Below are positions 10,729-21,008 of a stretch of DNA of 64,000 nucleotides, piece after piece. The stretch is from Naegleria gruberi (lineage: Eukaryota). How positions within the stretch are numbered: the stretch's first letter is position 1; each line of letters starts with the position of its first letter. The stretch lies in NCBI GenBank assembly GCA_000004985.1, contig GG738849.1, one strand, 5' to 3'. The translations under genes were made by a program, and so were the position numbers. Under the pieces are notes generated by a model that made no database searches, was not told the DNA's origin, and saw only the letters and a list, made by a program, of their open reading frames with translations.

Positions 10729-11712
10729 TTACATCTTTTTTCTAGCAAGAATACCTTGTTTTATCCTCTTGATATGATTTTTCTCTTCGATATTATATTG
10801 TGACAAAGTGGCATCGTCCAATTGTAAAATTTGTAATCTTTGATCCTCACTCATATTATCTATAATATTAATGATATCATTATCAATGTATGCATTTTGA
10901 TTTTGTGGTTGTCTTTGAGCCATCCTAGGATCTCTTGGATCACTTCTAGGATCAACTCTTGAATCTCTAGGATCACTTCTAGGATCACCTCTTGGATCAC
11001 TAAATGGTTGATTATGTTGTGGTGGTGGAGGTTGATTCATAGGTTGTCTCATCATATTTTGTGGTGGTGGTTGATTGAAAGGTTGATCTACCATTCCTAG
11101 GATGTATTGGATGTGTAATAATACTACAGAAAGGGTTGGGTTTTGTGCCAAAATATTCTTTGCTAATTCCGGATTTGTTTGAACCAAATCTCTCATTTCC
11201 ACAAGACAATCATATAATTGTTGTTTTGAAATTTGGTTTAAAGCTTCCATTACTGGATCTTGATTAGAATCTGTCATTTGATCATAATTTTGCATTCCAA
11301 CATTTTGATTCATCATTGGATTATTAGAATAAGAATTTAATCTAGGATCACTTCTTGATGATGATGATGATGGCATTGGTGGAGGAGGTTGATTCATAGG
11401 CATTGAATTTCCCATCGATTCTCCTTCCCCAGGCATATTAATTTTGTTATTATCAGCAAAATCAACACGAAGTTTTCTTCCGTTAAAATCCCTTCCATCC
11501 AATGTTTTCATAGCATTACTAGCACTACCTTCATCAATAAATTCACAAAAAGCATATCCCTTAGGTTTGTTAGTTTCCCTATCGAAAACCATACGAAAAT
11601 TAACAACTTGTCCAGCCTCGTTAAATATTTGTTTTAATTTATCGGTAGAGGCATCATAGGCAATATTACCAATGAATACACAACGTGATGGTGTTCGGTT
11701 GGTTTTGCTCAT
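10729..11712 (-). CDS. Cleavage stimulation factor subunit 2 (CstF-64) homolog.
   Basis: N-terminal RRM (RCVFIGNIAYDASTDKLKQIFNEAGQVVNFRMVFDRETNKPKGYAFCEFID). Hinge domain (ALNQISKQQLYDCLVEMRDLVQTNPELAKNILAQNPTLSVVLLHIQ). P/Q/M-rich middle region and the conserved C-terminal helical domain (EDQRLQILQLDDATLSQY). The order and spacing match metazoan CSTF2. True ATG at 11710-11712 (minus strand). Confidence 0.85.
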   Translation of the reverse strand: MSKTNRTPSRCVFIGNIAYDASTDKLKQIFNEAGQVVNFRMVFDRETNKPKGYAFCEFIDEGSASNAMKTLDGRDFNGRKLRVDFADNNKINMPGEGESMGNSMPMNQPPPPMPSSSSSRSDPRLNSYSNNPMMNQNVGMQNYDQMTDSNQDPVMEALNQISKQQLYDCLVEMRDLVQTNPELAKNILAQNPTLSVVLLHIQYILGMVDQPFNQPPPQNMMRQPMNQPPPPQHNQPFSDPRGDPRSDPRDSRVDPRSDPRDPRMAQRQPQNQNAYIDNDIINIIDNMSEDQRLQILQLDDATLSQYNIEEKNHIKRIKQGILARKKM

Positions 11713-11944
11713 TTTTTTTATGATTTTGGATTTAATTTTTTTGCTTTTTTATTGAATGAGAAGTGAGTGGAGTAAGAATTATTGAAATTCAGGACAAAGT
11801 TGAAGGTAAACCATTGAAAAATTATCAATAAATCACTGATAGAAAGTCTATTTAAATAAGAAATGAGGTGGAAATTGAAAATGATGATTAATTCCACGCA
11901 GAATCATGTGAGCTCTTCAAGTTATCAATGATAATGTCATATAA

Positions 11945-13339
11945 TTACTTGCTGAAATAGTTGAGTAGGGCTTTCTTTGCCTTCCTAAATAATTGAATTG
12001 ACCAATCTTTGATAAATGTAAAATTCATTCCCAATATTTGAAACTTCCCTAATGCGTGCAATAAACAAAACATTTGAGTGAGTTCAATTGGTGCCAAGTA
12101 GTACTTCCTTTCAATATCGACATTAAGTGTGTAATTCTTCAAATACAACAAAACATTTAAAAGGAAATAAAGTGCATACAATAACAACTCAACATCTCCC
12201 AGTACTATCATTACAATACCAATTGGCAAATACATTACATAGGCAACAATCAAATAATAGGCAACAAATGGAAAAAATTTAAAAAAGCCCGTAAGTGAAA
12301 ATCCAATTCTTTCTTCCAACACAGATATGGAATTGAAAAAATAGGTAAATCCAAAAACCTTAGTATTACAATAGAGCAAAACCAACAATGACAAAATAAC
12401 TGCCACACATTCCATTACAACTTTCAAAATAGCTGGTGAAATGAGTACGTTCATTGGACTTTCATAGCTAATTGAGAGTTGTGATGTTAGTTTTGAAATA
12501 TGAACTGTAGTGGGATATTGTCGAAAGAGTCGTTGTTGGTTAAATCTGTTAAATCTATTTCCAAACAAGTGGCAAACATTTTCCATTCTCAATTTAATGT
12601 TCCTTCTTGGAAGTTCCAAACATTGTTTTGCAATCAAATTGGTAACAAAATTTTGTTCCTGATATTTCCTATGATGCAGAGTTGATACAATAAATTTGTA
12701 TAAAATCTCTGGATTTGAGAGCTGAGCGTAAATAGAATTTGCTTGTGTGTTCCAGCAAGAGTTACTAAAATTGAGTTTTTGAGGTGGTTTTTCATCTTCC
12801 TTTTTAAATTCTGATATATGGAAATTCTTATTTCGTCTGTATCCTTTGAATATTAGAATATCCTCCTTCTTAATTTCATTGATTATTTGAGGTATTTGGC
12901 TATTGATATGAGTAATCAATTTTGTATAGCATTTAAATTCAGGATCTGAAACTTCCTTGAGATTATTTCCATCAATTCGAATAATAAAATCCCAATCATG
13001 ACTATTCTTATTGAGAAGTAAATAATTAAACTTCAGATACAGAGCCAAACATTCCTTCAACTCTTTTCTATTGCAAATTTCCTTTCGTTTCATCTTTTCG
13101 ACCAATTCCTCCTCTCTGATGGTATAAATTACATTCTTTACAACATTTTCCAAGTGATCCACAATTTTCTCTTGAATTGTATTGATGGTCCAATGGAAAT
13201 ATGGATGATCATTATCTAGAATTCGGAAGGGGAAAAATTCATTAAACATTCTGTTGTTGGTTTGAGAGAGGCTGAACATATCGCATGGAGTCGAATATTT
13301 GCAAATCTCAAGTAATTCATCAGAGGAGAGGGAAATCAT
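11945..13339 (-). CDS. F-box-like protein with a C-terminal multi-helix transmembrane region.
   Basis: True ATG at 13337-13339. The N-terminal motif is LSSDELLEICKYSTPCDMFSL (F-box-like). The C-terminal 150 aa contain about four strongly hydrophobic helices (VAVILSLLVLLY..., FFPFVAYYLIVAYVMYLPIGIVMIVLG..., LLLYALYFLLNVLLYL). Confidence 0.6.
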   Translation of the reverse strand: MISLSSDELLEICKYSTPCDMFSLSQTNNRMFNEFFPFRILDNDHPYFHWTINTIQEKIVDHLENVVKNVIYTIREEELVEKMKRKEICNRKELKECLALYLKFNYLLLNKNSHDWDFIIRIDGNNLKEVSDPEFKCYTKLITHINSQIPQIINEIKKEDILIFKGYRRNKNFHISEFKKEDEKPPQKLNFSNSCWNTQANSIYAQLSNPEILYKFIVSTLHHRKYQEQNFVTNLIAKQCLELPRRNIKLRMENVCHLFGNRFNRFNQQRLFRQYPTTVHISKLTSQLSISYESPMNVLISPAILKVVMECVAVILSLLVLLYCNTKVFGFTYFFNSISVLEERIGFSLTGFFKFFPFVAYYLIVAYVMYLPIGIVMIVLGDVELLLYALYFLLNVLLYLKNYTLNVDIERKYYLAPIELTQMFCLLHALGKFQILGMNFTFIKDWSIQLFRKAKKALLNYFSK

Positions 13340-13399
13340 TTTTTTGAGTTATAATGTTCGTTTTTGAAATTGAAAATTACAAAGAAATCAATGGAATAT

Positions 13400-14925
13400 T
13401 TAATTAACATATTTAGATCTTAAAGAGTCAATCTTTTGTGTTTCAATTCCATTGAATTGATAAAAGAGTTCAAAGATTGCCTTGACAAGTTGCATTTCTA
13501 AACTCTCCAAGAACATGACAGTCATGTCGAATCTATTCACATCTGCAATCTTTTGCATTAATTCAAAAGCATTCTCCACGTCTTCCTTATTGAATGGTTT
13601 GGCTAAAAAGTATTTATGTATGGATGAAAGAATGGTGACTAAAACTTCTGGTGACAAAGAATCATGCAAAACTGAATGTAATCGGGTTGGTGGTATGATC
13701 TATATTGTTAATAAATTTAGTGATTATTAAGCCATTTCCAATTTAAAAAAACTTACTCTGAGATAATTAGCAAAGTCTTCACCTCTTAATTCCTTATATT
13801 GCTTTTCAAATTCATAGAATGATTTTGGAGCTGATTGAGGGAATGTTGGTTTGATTGTTACCTTGACAGTCTCAACAACTGGTTCCTTATTTGTGACTGG
13901 TTCAACAACAATTGGTTTTTGTTCTGGTTTCTTGACAGGTTCACTTCTTGGTAATTCTTCCTTCTTTGGTTCAGGAGTTGGTTCAACTTTAGGTTGGGTC
14001 TTAGCTGGTTGTTCTTTCTTTGGTTCAGGAGTTGGTTGTTTGGTCATTTCCTTAATGTTCTTAGATGCTCCTGTTGTAATTAAATCCTCAATTTCCTCTT
14101 CCACAACAGGTTTTTTAACGTCAGCAATTATTGTTGTTTTGGTGACTGCTGGCGATTGTTCTTTTGGTTTTTCTACTACTGGTGGTTGAGTTGTTTGTTT
14201 TGGAGTTGGCTTTGTTTCTTCCTCTTCATCGTCATCCTCTTGAATGACAACCTTTTTTGCCTTTCCTTCCTCACTCTTCTTTAATAATTCGATAGCTTTC
14301 AATAATTCTCTTTCAGTTTCCACATGATTAGGATTTAATTTTCTAGCATATTCAAAATCTTCCTTAGATTCCTTATATTTCTTCAATTCTCTTCTTGCCA
14401 TACCTCTTCTCATGTAACTCTTGACATAACTACTATTCAATGAGAGTGATCGAGTGGCATCCAATTCCGATTCAATAAAATTAGATAATTTGAAATGTGC
14501 TTGACTTCTATTACTGTACACAACTGCATCTTGCTTGAATTGTAAGCTCTTTGTATAAAATTCAATAGCCTTATTTAAATCTCCTTTCTTAAAATATTCA
14601 TTACCAGTTTCTTTGGCTTTTTCTGCTTGTTCATCGGGATCCAGTTGTGTTGGTTGAGCCTTTGCACTGGTTGGCTGTGTTGTTGCCGATGTAGTTGTTG
14701 GGTCACTTCCTCTAACAGGTGGATAACTCTAAAATATTGTTAGATTATTCAAAAGGTATTAATTTTAATTACCTTCTTCTTTTCTCCTTCTTGCAACTTT
14801 TTATCCTTTTCAGAAATTTCCTTTGTCCACTTTTGCAAATCATTTACAAACTCATTGTATTCTTGTGCATTATTTCTGATCTGGTGTTGCATTCTAATCA
14901 GATTTGATTGATAGTCCTTGCTCAT
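13400..14925 (-). CDS. RNA polymerase II-associated protein 3 (RPAP3)-like TPR protein. Three exons: 14773..14925, 13757..14728, 13400..13699.
   Basis: Exon 1 (MSKDYQSNLIRMQ...EGEKKK) has a true ATG at 14923-14925. A 44-nt intron GTAATT...TTTTAG follows. TPR repeats are AEKAKETGNEYFKKGDLNKAIEFYTKSL and SNRSQAHFKLSNFIESELDATRSLSLNSSYVKSYMRRGMARRELKKYKESKEDFEYARKL. An acidic/proline-rich linker follows. Intron 13700..13756 (GTAAGT...ATATAG) joins the C-terminal domain KSFYEFEKQYKEL...VNRFDMTVMFLESLE, which matches the RPAP3 C-terminal (RUVBL-binding) domain pattern. Confidence 0.8.
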
Positions 14926-15402
14926 TTCCGAGAGAGTTCCGAAGTTTTTTGTATTTTACTAGTACTTTTTTGCTCTATCCAACAGGGTAAAGACGAGTTT
15001 GCTTTTTTTTGTTGTATTTTAATTGCTCAAAAGTTGTATTTGGCCTAAAATTAGATGTTATTTAAGAAAAGAGTTGTAAAGCAAAGTAAGCGATTAATTT
15101 AATTGTATTAATTGTTTTAAGAAGGGAGATATTAAAATAATTAAGGTTGTTTTTCCTGAGTTCAAATTCAACAGTTTTTTAAGGATATTAATAACACTTA
15201 ATTGATTTTATTGTACACTATGCAAGTCAATTCAACCCTCGAAAGATACTTCAATTCTTGTCTTGAACGAACAATTTACAACAAGGTTCAACTTTTGCGT
15301 TTCGACACAAGTATGATGTTCATTCTCATCACCCAGCTAAGAGAATTAAAGCAAATAAAAAAGGCTTGAAGGGAATACGAGCCAAAAATAAAATACAAAA
15401 AA

Positions 15403-18400
15403 ATGTTGTCAACACCAAGTAGCCAAGACAAGATGGTCGATGAAGTTGCAGCTGATCAACAACCAGAAGTCGATGAAAAGTTATACAGCAGACAATTATA
15501 CGTGTTGGGTATTGATGCCATGAAGAGAATGCAACAATCGAATGTTTTGATTTGCGGACTCGGAGGTTTGGGTGTAGAAGTTGCCAAGAATGTTATTCTT
15601 ACAGGTGTTAAGAGTGTTACTTTGCACGATACAAAGAATATTACATTGGAAGATCTCTCTGCTCAATTCTATGCATCTGAAAAGGATGTTGGTCTCAACA
15701 GAGCAGAAGTTTCCCTCTCACAACTTAAAGAATTGAATCCATACGTTCCTGTAAAGATTCATCAAGGAGAATTGAACGAAGAGTTTATTACACAATTCTC
15801 TGTTGTTGTTTTCACAGATTCTCACATTCCACAACTCTCAGAGTTGAGTGATGTCTGCCACAAGCATAATATTAAATTTATTGCTTCCGAGAGTAGAGGT
15901 TTGATGGGATCAATCTTTTGCGATTTTGGAACAGATTTTACAGTCTATGATAATGATGGTGAAAATCCAGTATCAAACATTGTTACAGATATTACAAACG
16001 GAAATCCAGCCACAGTTACAGTCTATGATGATAAACCAAGCCACCAATTGTATGATGATGATTATGTTCAATTCGAAGGTATTGAAGGAATGACAGAAAT
16101 TAACAATACTGAACCAGTCAAGGTTCAAGTTTCTGGTAAACATACTTTCAAGATTCATCTCGATACCACTAAATTCAGTGAATACAAGTCTGGATCTGGT
16201 GGTTATGTGAGACAAGTTAAGGTTCCAACAAAGCATTCTTATCAACCATTGAAAGATCAATTGGTTAACCCAACTTGTATTGATTTTGATTATGCCAAGC
16301 TTGGTAGACCTCAAAGCATTCACGTTGCCATGATAGCTCTCAGCGAATTTGAAAAGAGAAATCAACATCTTCCAAAGCCATACAACAAGGCTGATGCTGA
16401 AAGATTATTGGAAATTGCTAAAGAAATTGTTCCAGAAGCTCTCAAGACATCTTTGGATGAAAATGTTGTCAAGATGTTGTCTTACACTTGTAGAGGTAAT
16501 TTGAATCCAATGGCAGCATTTTTGGGAGGTATTGTTGCTCAAGAAGTCCAAAAGGCTTGCAGTGGTAAATTCACACCATTGAACCAATATTTACATTTTG
16601 ATTCTTTGGAAAGTTTGGGAGAAGATGAAAGCAAATATCCAACTGAAGAAGATTGTCAATTCACTTCAACCAGATACGATGGTCAAATTGTTGTTTTCGG
16701 TAAACAATTCCAAGAAAAATTGTCAAATGTTAAGGAATTCATTGTTGGTGCTGGTGCCCTTGGTTGCGAATATCTTAAGAACTATGCCATGATGGGTGTT
16801 GGTTGTGGAAATAACGGAAAGATGTTTGTTACTGACATGGACAGTATTGAAGTTTCCAATTTGAATAGACAATTCTTGTTCAGAAGAAAGCATGTTGGTT
16901 CACAAAAGTCTACAACAGCTGCTGAAGTTGTCAAGGGAATGAATCCTGCATTCAACATTGTTGCTTTGCAAGATAAGGTTGCTCCTGAAACTGAACAAAC
17001 ATTCGATGATGAATTCTGGGAACAATTAACAGGTGTCACTAATGCTTTGGACAATGTTCAAGCAAGACTCTATGTAGATTCTAGATGTGTATATTATTCT
17101 AAGCCTTTGATTGAATCTGGTACTTTGGGTGCTAAGGGTAACACTCAAATTGTTGTTCCAAAGTTGACTGAATCATATGGTTCAACTAGAGATCCACCAG
17201 AAAAGGAAATCCCAATCTGTACTCTTAAGAACTTCCCTAATGCCATTGAACACACCATCCAATGGGCCAGAGATTCATTCGAAGGTTTGTTCAACAAGGT
17301 TCCAAATGAAGTTAACACTTACCTCTCAAAGACTGACTATTTGAAGGAACTTGATAGTGAAAATTCAAGGAAGATGATTTTGGAAAATATTTTCGAATCA
17401 CTCGTCAGCAACAAGCCAATCACTTTTGAAAATTGTGTTGAATGGGCTAGAATCAAGTTTGAACAATTGTTCAACAATAATATTCAACAATTGTTGTACA
17501 ATTTCCCAATTGGTATGATCACTTCATCTGGTACCGAATTCTGGGGAGGTGCTAAACGTCCACCAACTCCATTGACTTTCGATCCTAAGGATCAAGCTCA
17601 TTTGGACTTTGTCATTGCTGCCTCTAACCTCAGAGCTTTCATGTATGGATTGAAGGGATTCACCAAGGAAGAATACGATTTTGCCTCAGTTGTTTCAAAG
17701 ATTGTTGTTCCTGAATTTTCTCCAAAGAGTGGTGTCAAGATTCAAAGTGACGAAAAGGAAAATAAGGAACCAGAACAAGAATTAACTGAATCAGACGAAC
17801 AAGAAATTAAAGTTTTGACCTCCAAGATTCCAAAGCCTTCAGAATTAGCTGGATTCCGTTTGAATGTTAGTGACTTTGAAAAGGATGATGATTCTAACTA
17901 TCACATTGATTTCATTACTGCTACCAGTAACTTGCGTGCCAGAAACTATAAGATTCCAGAAGCTGATAGACACAAGACTAAGGGTATTGCCGGTAAGATT
18001 ATTCCTGCCATGGTTACTACTACTGCTCTCGTTACTGGTCTTGCTTGTTTGGAATTCTACAAGGTATGTTTACTTTTGAAATTTTACATTTTTTTACCCT
18101 TTAATTACACACCTATACTTTTTGTTGGTGTTGCTCTTGTTTGAGTCACCGGGCTATCAGAACAGCTTGATAATAGAGAATATAATTGTCAATGCTCACT
18201 CATATAGCCTATATTAACCAATGGTGACAATATAACAGAGCGCATCAATGAAAGTACTGGACCATTTATGTGCTTACATATATTGTTAAATTTCAAATTT
18301 TGATTTAAACATACAATAGCTCATGCAAGGTGCTGAAAAGATTGCCACTTACAAGAATGGTTTCGTCAATATTGCTTTGCCTTTCATGACCTTGTCTGAA

Positions 18401-18760
18401 CCAGCTGAACCACCAAAACAAACCTACTTGGGAGACAAGACATGGACTTTGTGGGATAGATTCGAAGTTGATGAAGGTAGAGATATCACCCTCAAGGAAT
18501 TGATGGATATCTTCAAGGAAAGACACAAATTGGAAATTACCATGATGTCTGCTGGTAAATCTTTAATCTATTCATTCTTTGGTAACAAGAAATCCAACGA
18601 AGAAAAGATGAAGACACCAATCAGTAAGATTATTGAAAATACTTCTGGTCCTTTCTTGCCAAAGGAAAAGTATGTCAACTTGGAAGTTTGTGTTCAAGAT
18701 TTGGATAATGGTGATGATCAAGAAGTCCCATACATTAGATACAAGTTCAGAGGTTTTTAA
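15403..18760 (+). CDS. uba1: Ubiquitin-activating enzyme E1 (UBA1). Two exons: 15403..18063, 18320..18760.
   Basis: YSRQLYVLGIDAMKRMQQSNVLICGLGGLGVEVAKN (inactive adenylation domain). Second ThiF repeat GAGALGCEYLKN. Catalytic cysteine region PICTLKNFPNAIEHTIQWARD. C-terminal ubiquitin-fold domain YKNGFVNIALPFM...TLWDRFEV...HKLEITMMSAGKSLIYSFF. The track ORF 18323..18760 is in frame with the upstream exon. The 256-nt intron GTATGT...ACAATAG makes EFYKV|LMQGAEKIATYKNGF, matching human UBA1. Confidence 0.95.
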
Positions 18761-18835
18761 ATGTAGATAAAAATTAATTTATATTCATATAATATTCTTT
18801 GATTTGAGGTTTAATAATTGAGAGCTTACATATCA

Positions 18836-19966
18836 TTAAAACCAACAAGAACAAAGGGTCTTGCCAAGTACAACACAACAAAGCACAAATATCACGGAAT
18901 TATCGAGAGCTAAATTCTTATTGTTACTCGTATTATTATTACTCAGATTAAGAAATGTCAAGTGGCTCATTAAATTGCTCTCATTAATATAGTTTACACC
19001 ATCATCATCCAGCTGATTAGATGACAGATCCAGTGTGTGCAAATTACTCAAATATTGACTATCTGAAAGGTATTTTGCTCCTGCATTTCCAATAAAGTTT
19101 GTTGTCAAGAATAATTTTCCAAGTTTCGACATGAACTGACTCTCTGCAATATATTTGATTCCCTCATCTCCAATTTCATTCGATTTTAAGGTTAATTCTT
19201 CCAAATTAGACATGTACTGACTCTCTGCAATATACTTCAATCCCAAATTACGAATAGTATTATCTGACAAACTTAACACTCTCAAATTTGACATGGATTG
19301 AGATGAGGTAATATATTCAAGTCCTTCATTTCCAATCTTATTTCTATCCAAATCGAGTATCTGCAAATTGGTCAAGTAAGGACTCTCCACAATACATTTC
19401 ACACCTTCAGCTCCATAAAACGTTGCACTCAAAATCAACTTTCTCAAATTGGACATGAATGGACTTTGTGTTAAATATTTCACACCATCGAGCCGAAACT
19501 CGTTAAAATACAGATCCAGAGTTTGCAAATTTTTCAAATATTCACTTTCTGCCAAGTATTTAACACCCTCATCTCCAATCTTGTTACTTCCCAAGTACAA
19601 TGCTTTCAAGTTGACCATGAATTCACTTTCAGCAATACATTTCACACCTCTATCCTTTATTTCAGCTCCATTCAAATCCAAACTACTCAAATTTAAAGCC
19701 AATTTTTGATCAGTAGAAACCACCCTCACCAAATCACTATAATTAATCCGAAAATATTTAACATGAAGTGGAACAGATTTAGTCAACTGATGCCACTTCT
19801 TACAAGTTAACGAGCAAGATCCAATACAATATTTCGCCTCCAGAAATTGAAAGATCAGACAGAGAACATCATCTGACAGCACGGAGACACTCTCTATCAA
19901 AGTAATCATCAAAGAGGAAGGCACAGCTTGACTCATATTTTTTTTCGTTTGATTTTTTTGCATCAT
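18836..19966 (-). CDS. F-box / leucine-rich-repeat protein with RNI-like LRRs.
   Basis: N-terminal F-box LSDDVLCLIFQFLEAKYCIGSCSLTCKKWHQL. This is followed by about ten 28-residue RNI-type LRRs (LxxLxLxxNxIGDEGxKYIAESxxMxNL). Confidence 0.75.
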   Translation of the reverse strand: MMQKNQTKKNMSQAVPSSLMITLIESVSVLSDDVLCLIFQFLEAKYCIGSCSLTCKKWHQLTKSVPLHVKYFRINYSDLVRVVSTDQKLALNLSSLDLNGAEIKDRGVKCIAESEFMVNLKALYLGSNKIGDEGVKYLAESEYLKNLQTLDLYFNEFRLDGVKYLTQSPFMSNLRKLILSATFYGAEGVKCIVESPYLTNLQILDLDRNKIGNEGLEYITSSQSMSNLRVLSLSDNTIRNLGLKYIAESQYMSNLEELTLKSNEIGDEGIKYIAESQFMSKLGKLFLTTNFIGNAGAKYLSDSQYLSNLHTLDLSSNQLDDDGVNYINESNLMSHLTFLNLSNNNTSNNKNLALDNSVIFVLCCVVLGKTLCSCWF

Positions 19967-20160
19967 GCGCTTGAAATTTACTTTTCAGGCAATTAAAATT
20001 TTCATGTTCATCAACAGTTCTCTATGAAACTCTTCATTATTATAATATTTTTTCAACGAATTCTTATCTCTCACTATTATTTGCTCAAAAATAATCTAAT
20101 TAAATACTTTACAATAATATTCAATTATTTTACAATAATATTTATTAATTTACAATTTCA

Positions 20161-20181
20161 ATAATAATAATAATAATAAAA
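20161..20181. repeat. (ATA)n / A-rich microsatellite in the intergenic spacer.
   Basis: The simple repeat ataataataataataataaaaa sits between the EF-hand gene 3' end and the F-box/LRR gene start. Confidence 0.7.
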
Positions 20182-20201
20182 ATACACAACCATCATCACT
20201 A

Positions 20202-20651
20202 TTATTGTTTAGAACATAAACGTGAAGCAAATTCACGATAATCAAAAGTTCCTTCACCATCAATATTTGCCTCCTTCATTAATTCTTCCCAATCTTCATC
20301 CGAAAGACCAGTTGCTTGTTGAATTTGATCTTTAAATTCCTTAGCTTCAATTCTAAAAACATTCTTTGTATCAAAAACTCTCATTGCTTCAATAATATCC
20401 TCTGATTTACTGTCATCTCTAATTAATTTATTGACAACTGACATGAATCCTTGCAATTCAATACCATCCTTTCCAGATAAATTTGATTTTTTGGCATCAG
20501 AAATTGATGATTTAATCATTGATTCCTTCAATCCCATACTTTTCAATAATCCTTCCATTTCCTTTTCGGAAACAAGACCATCACCATTTATATCTAGGAG
20601 AGAGAAGGCTTCTTTTAATTCTTTTTCATCTTGTTGTGAAATGAGGGCCAT
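20202..20651 (-). CDS. EF-hand calcium-binding protein (calmodulin-like, about 149 aa).
   Basis: Canonical EF loops DINGDGLVSEKE and NIDGEGTFDYREF, plus two degenerate loops. The true ATG (MALISQQDEK) is at 20649-20651. The longer track ORF begins at a TTG. Confidence 0.75.
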   Translation of the reverse strand: MALISQQDEKELKEAFSLLDINGDGLVSEKEMEGLLKSMGLKESMIKSSISDAKKSNLSGKDGIELQGFMSVVNKLIRDDSKSEDIIEAMRVFDTKNVFRIEAKEFKDQIQQATGLSDEDWEELMKEANIDGEGTFDYREFASRLCSKQ

Positions 20652-21008
20652 TTTGATGATCAAGTGATGTTGAGGTTATTGTTTTGTTGGTAACGGAAAG
20701 TTTTTTTTAAAATATTTTTTTTTTATGAATAATTTTTTAATATTTTGATGATCGAATGTCAGACTTTTTGGATGTCTCTTGTCAAATCATTAGCCAAACA
20801 CGGGCCATTTTGCTTCAGAATCACAATGTTGAATAAAACATTGAGATTTATCAATACATTGCTGTTGATACAAGTTATTGGAATAATTGAAAGTTTCTTC
20901 ATATTTACCTATTTACAAATTCAAAATAGACGAATGTCAAATCTAATATTCTTCTCTGATTACAATTTTTCAATCATGACAATAATATTTAAATATCCAA
21001 TTAAAAAA

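Noticed and set aside
13851-14189. Track ORF 13851..14189 (plus strand), antisense to RPAP3.
   Set aside because: A Gly/Ser/Thr low-complexity translation of the antisense strand of a Pro/Glu/Lys-rich linker.
20745-21008. 5' extension of the TBCK ORF (MMIECQTFWM…).
   Set aside because: It is AT-rich promoter-like sequence with poly-T/A runs. The first ATG in a good context with coding composition is at 21009.
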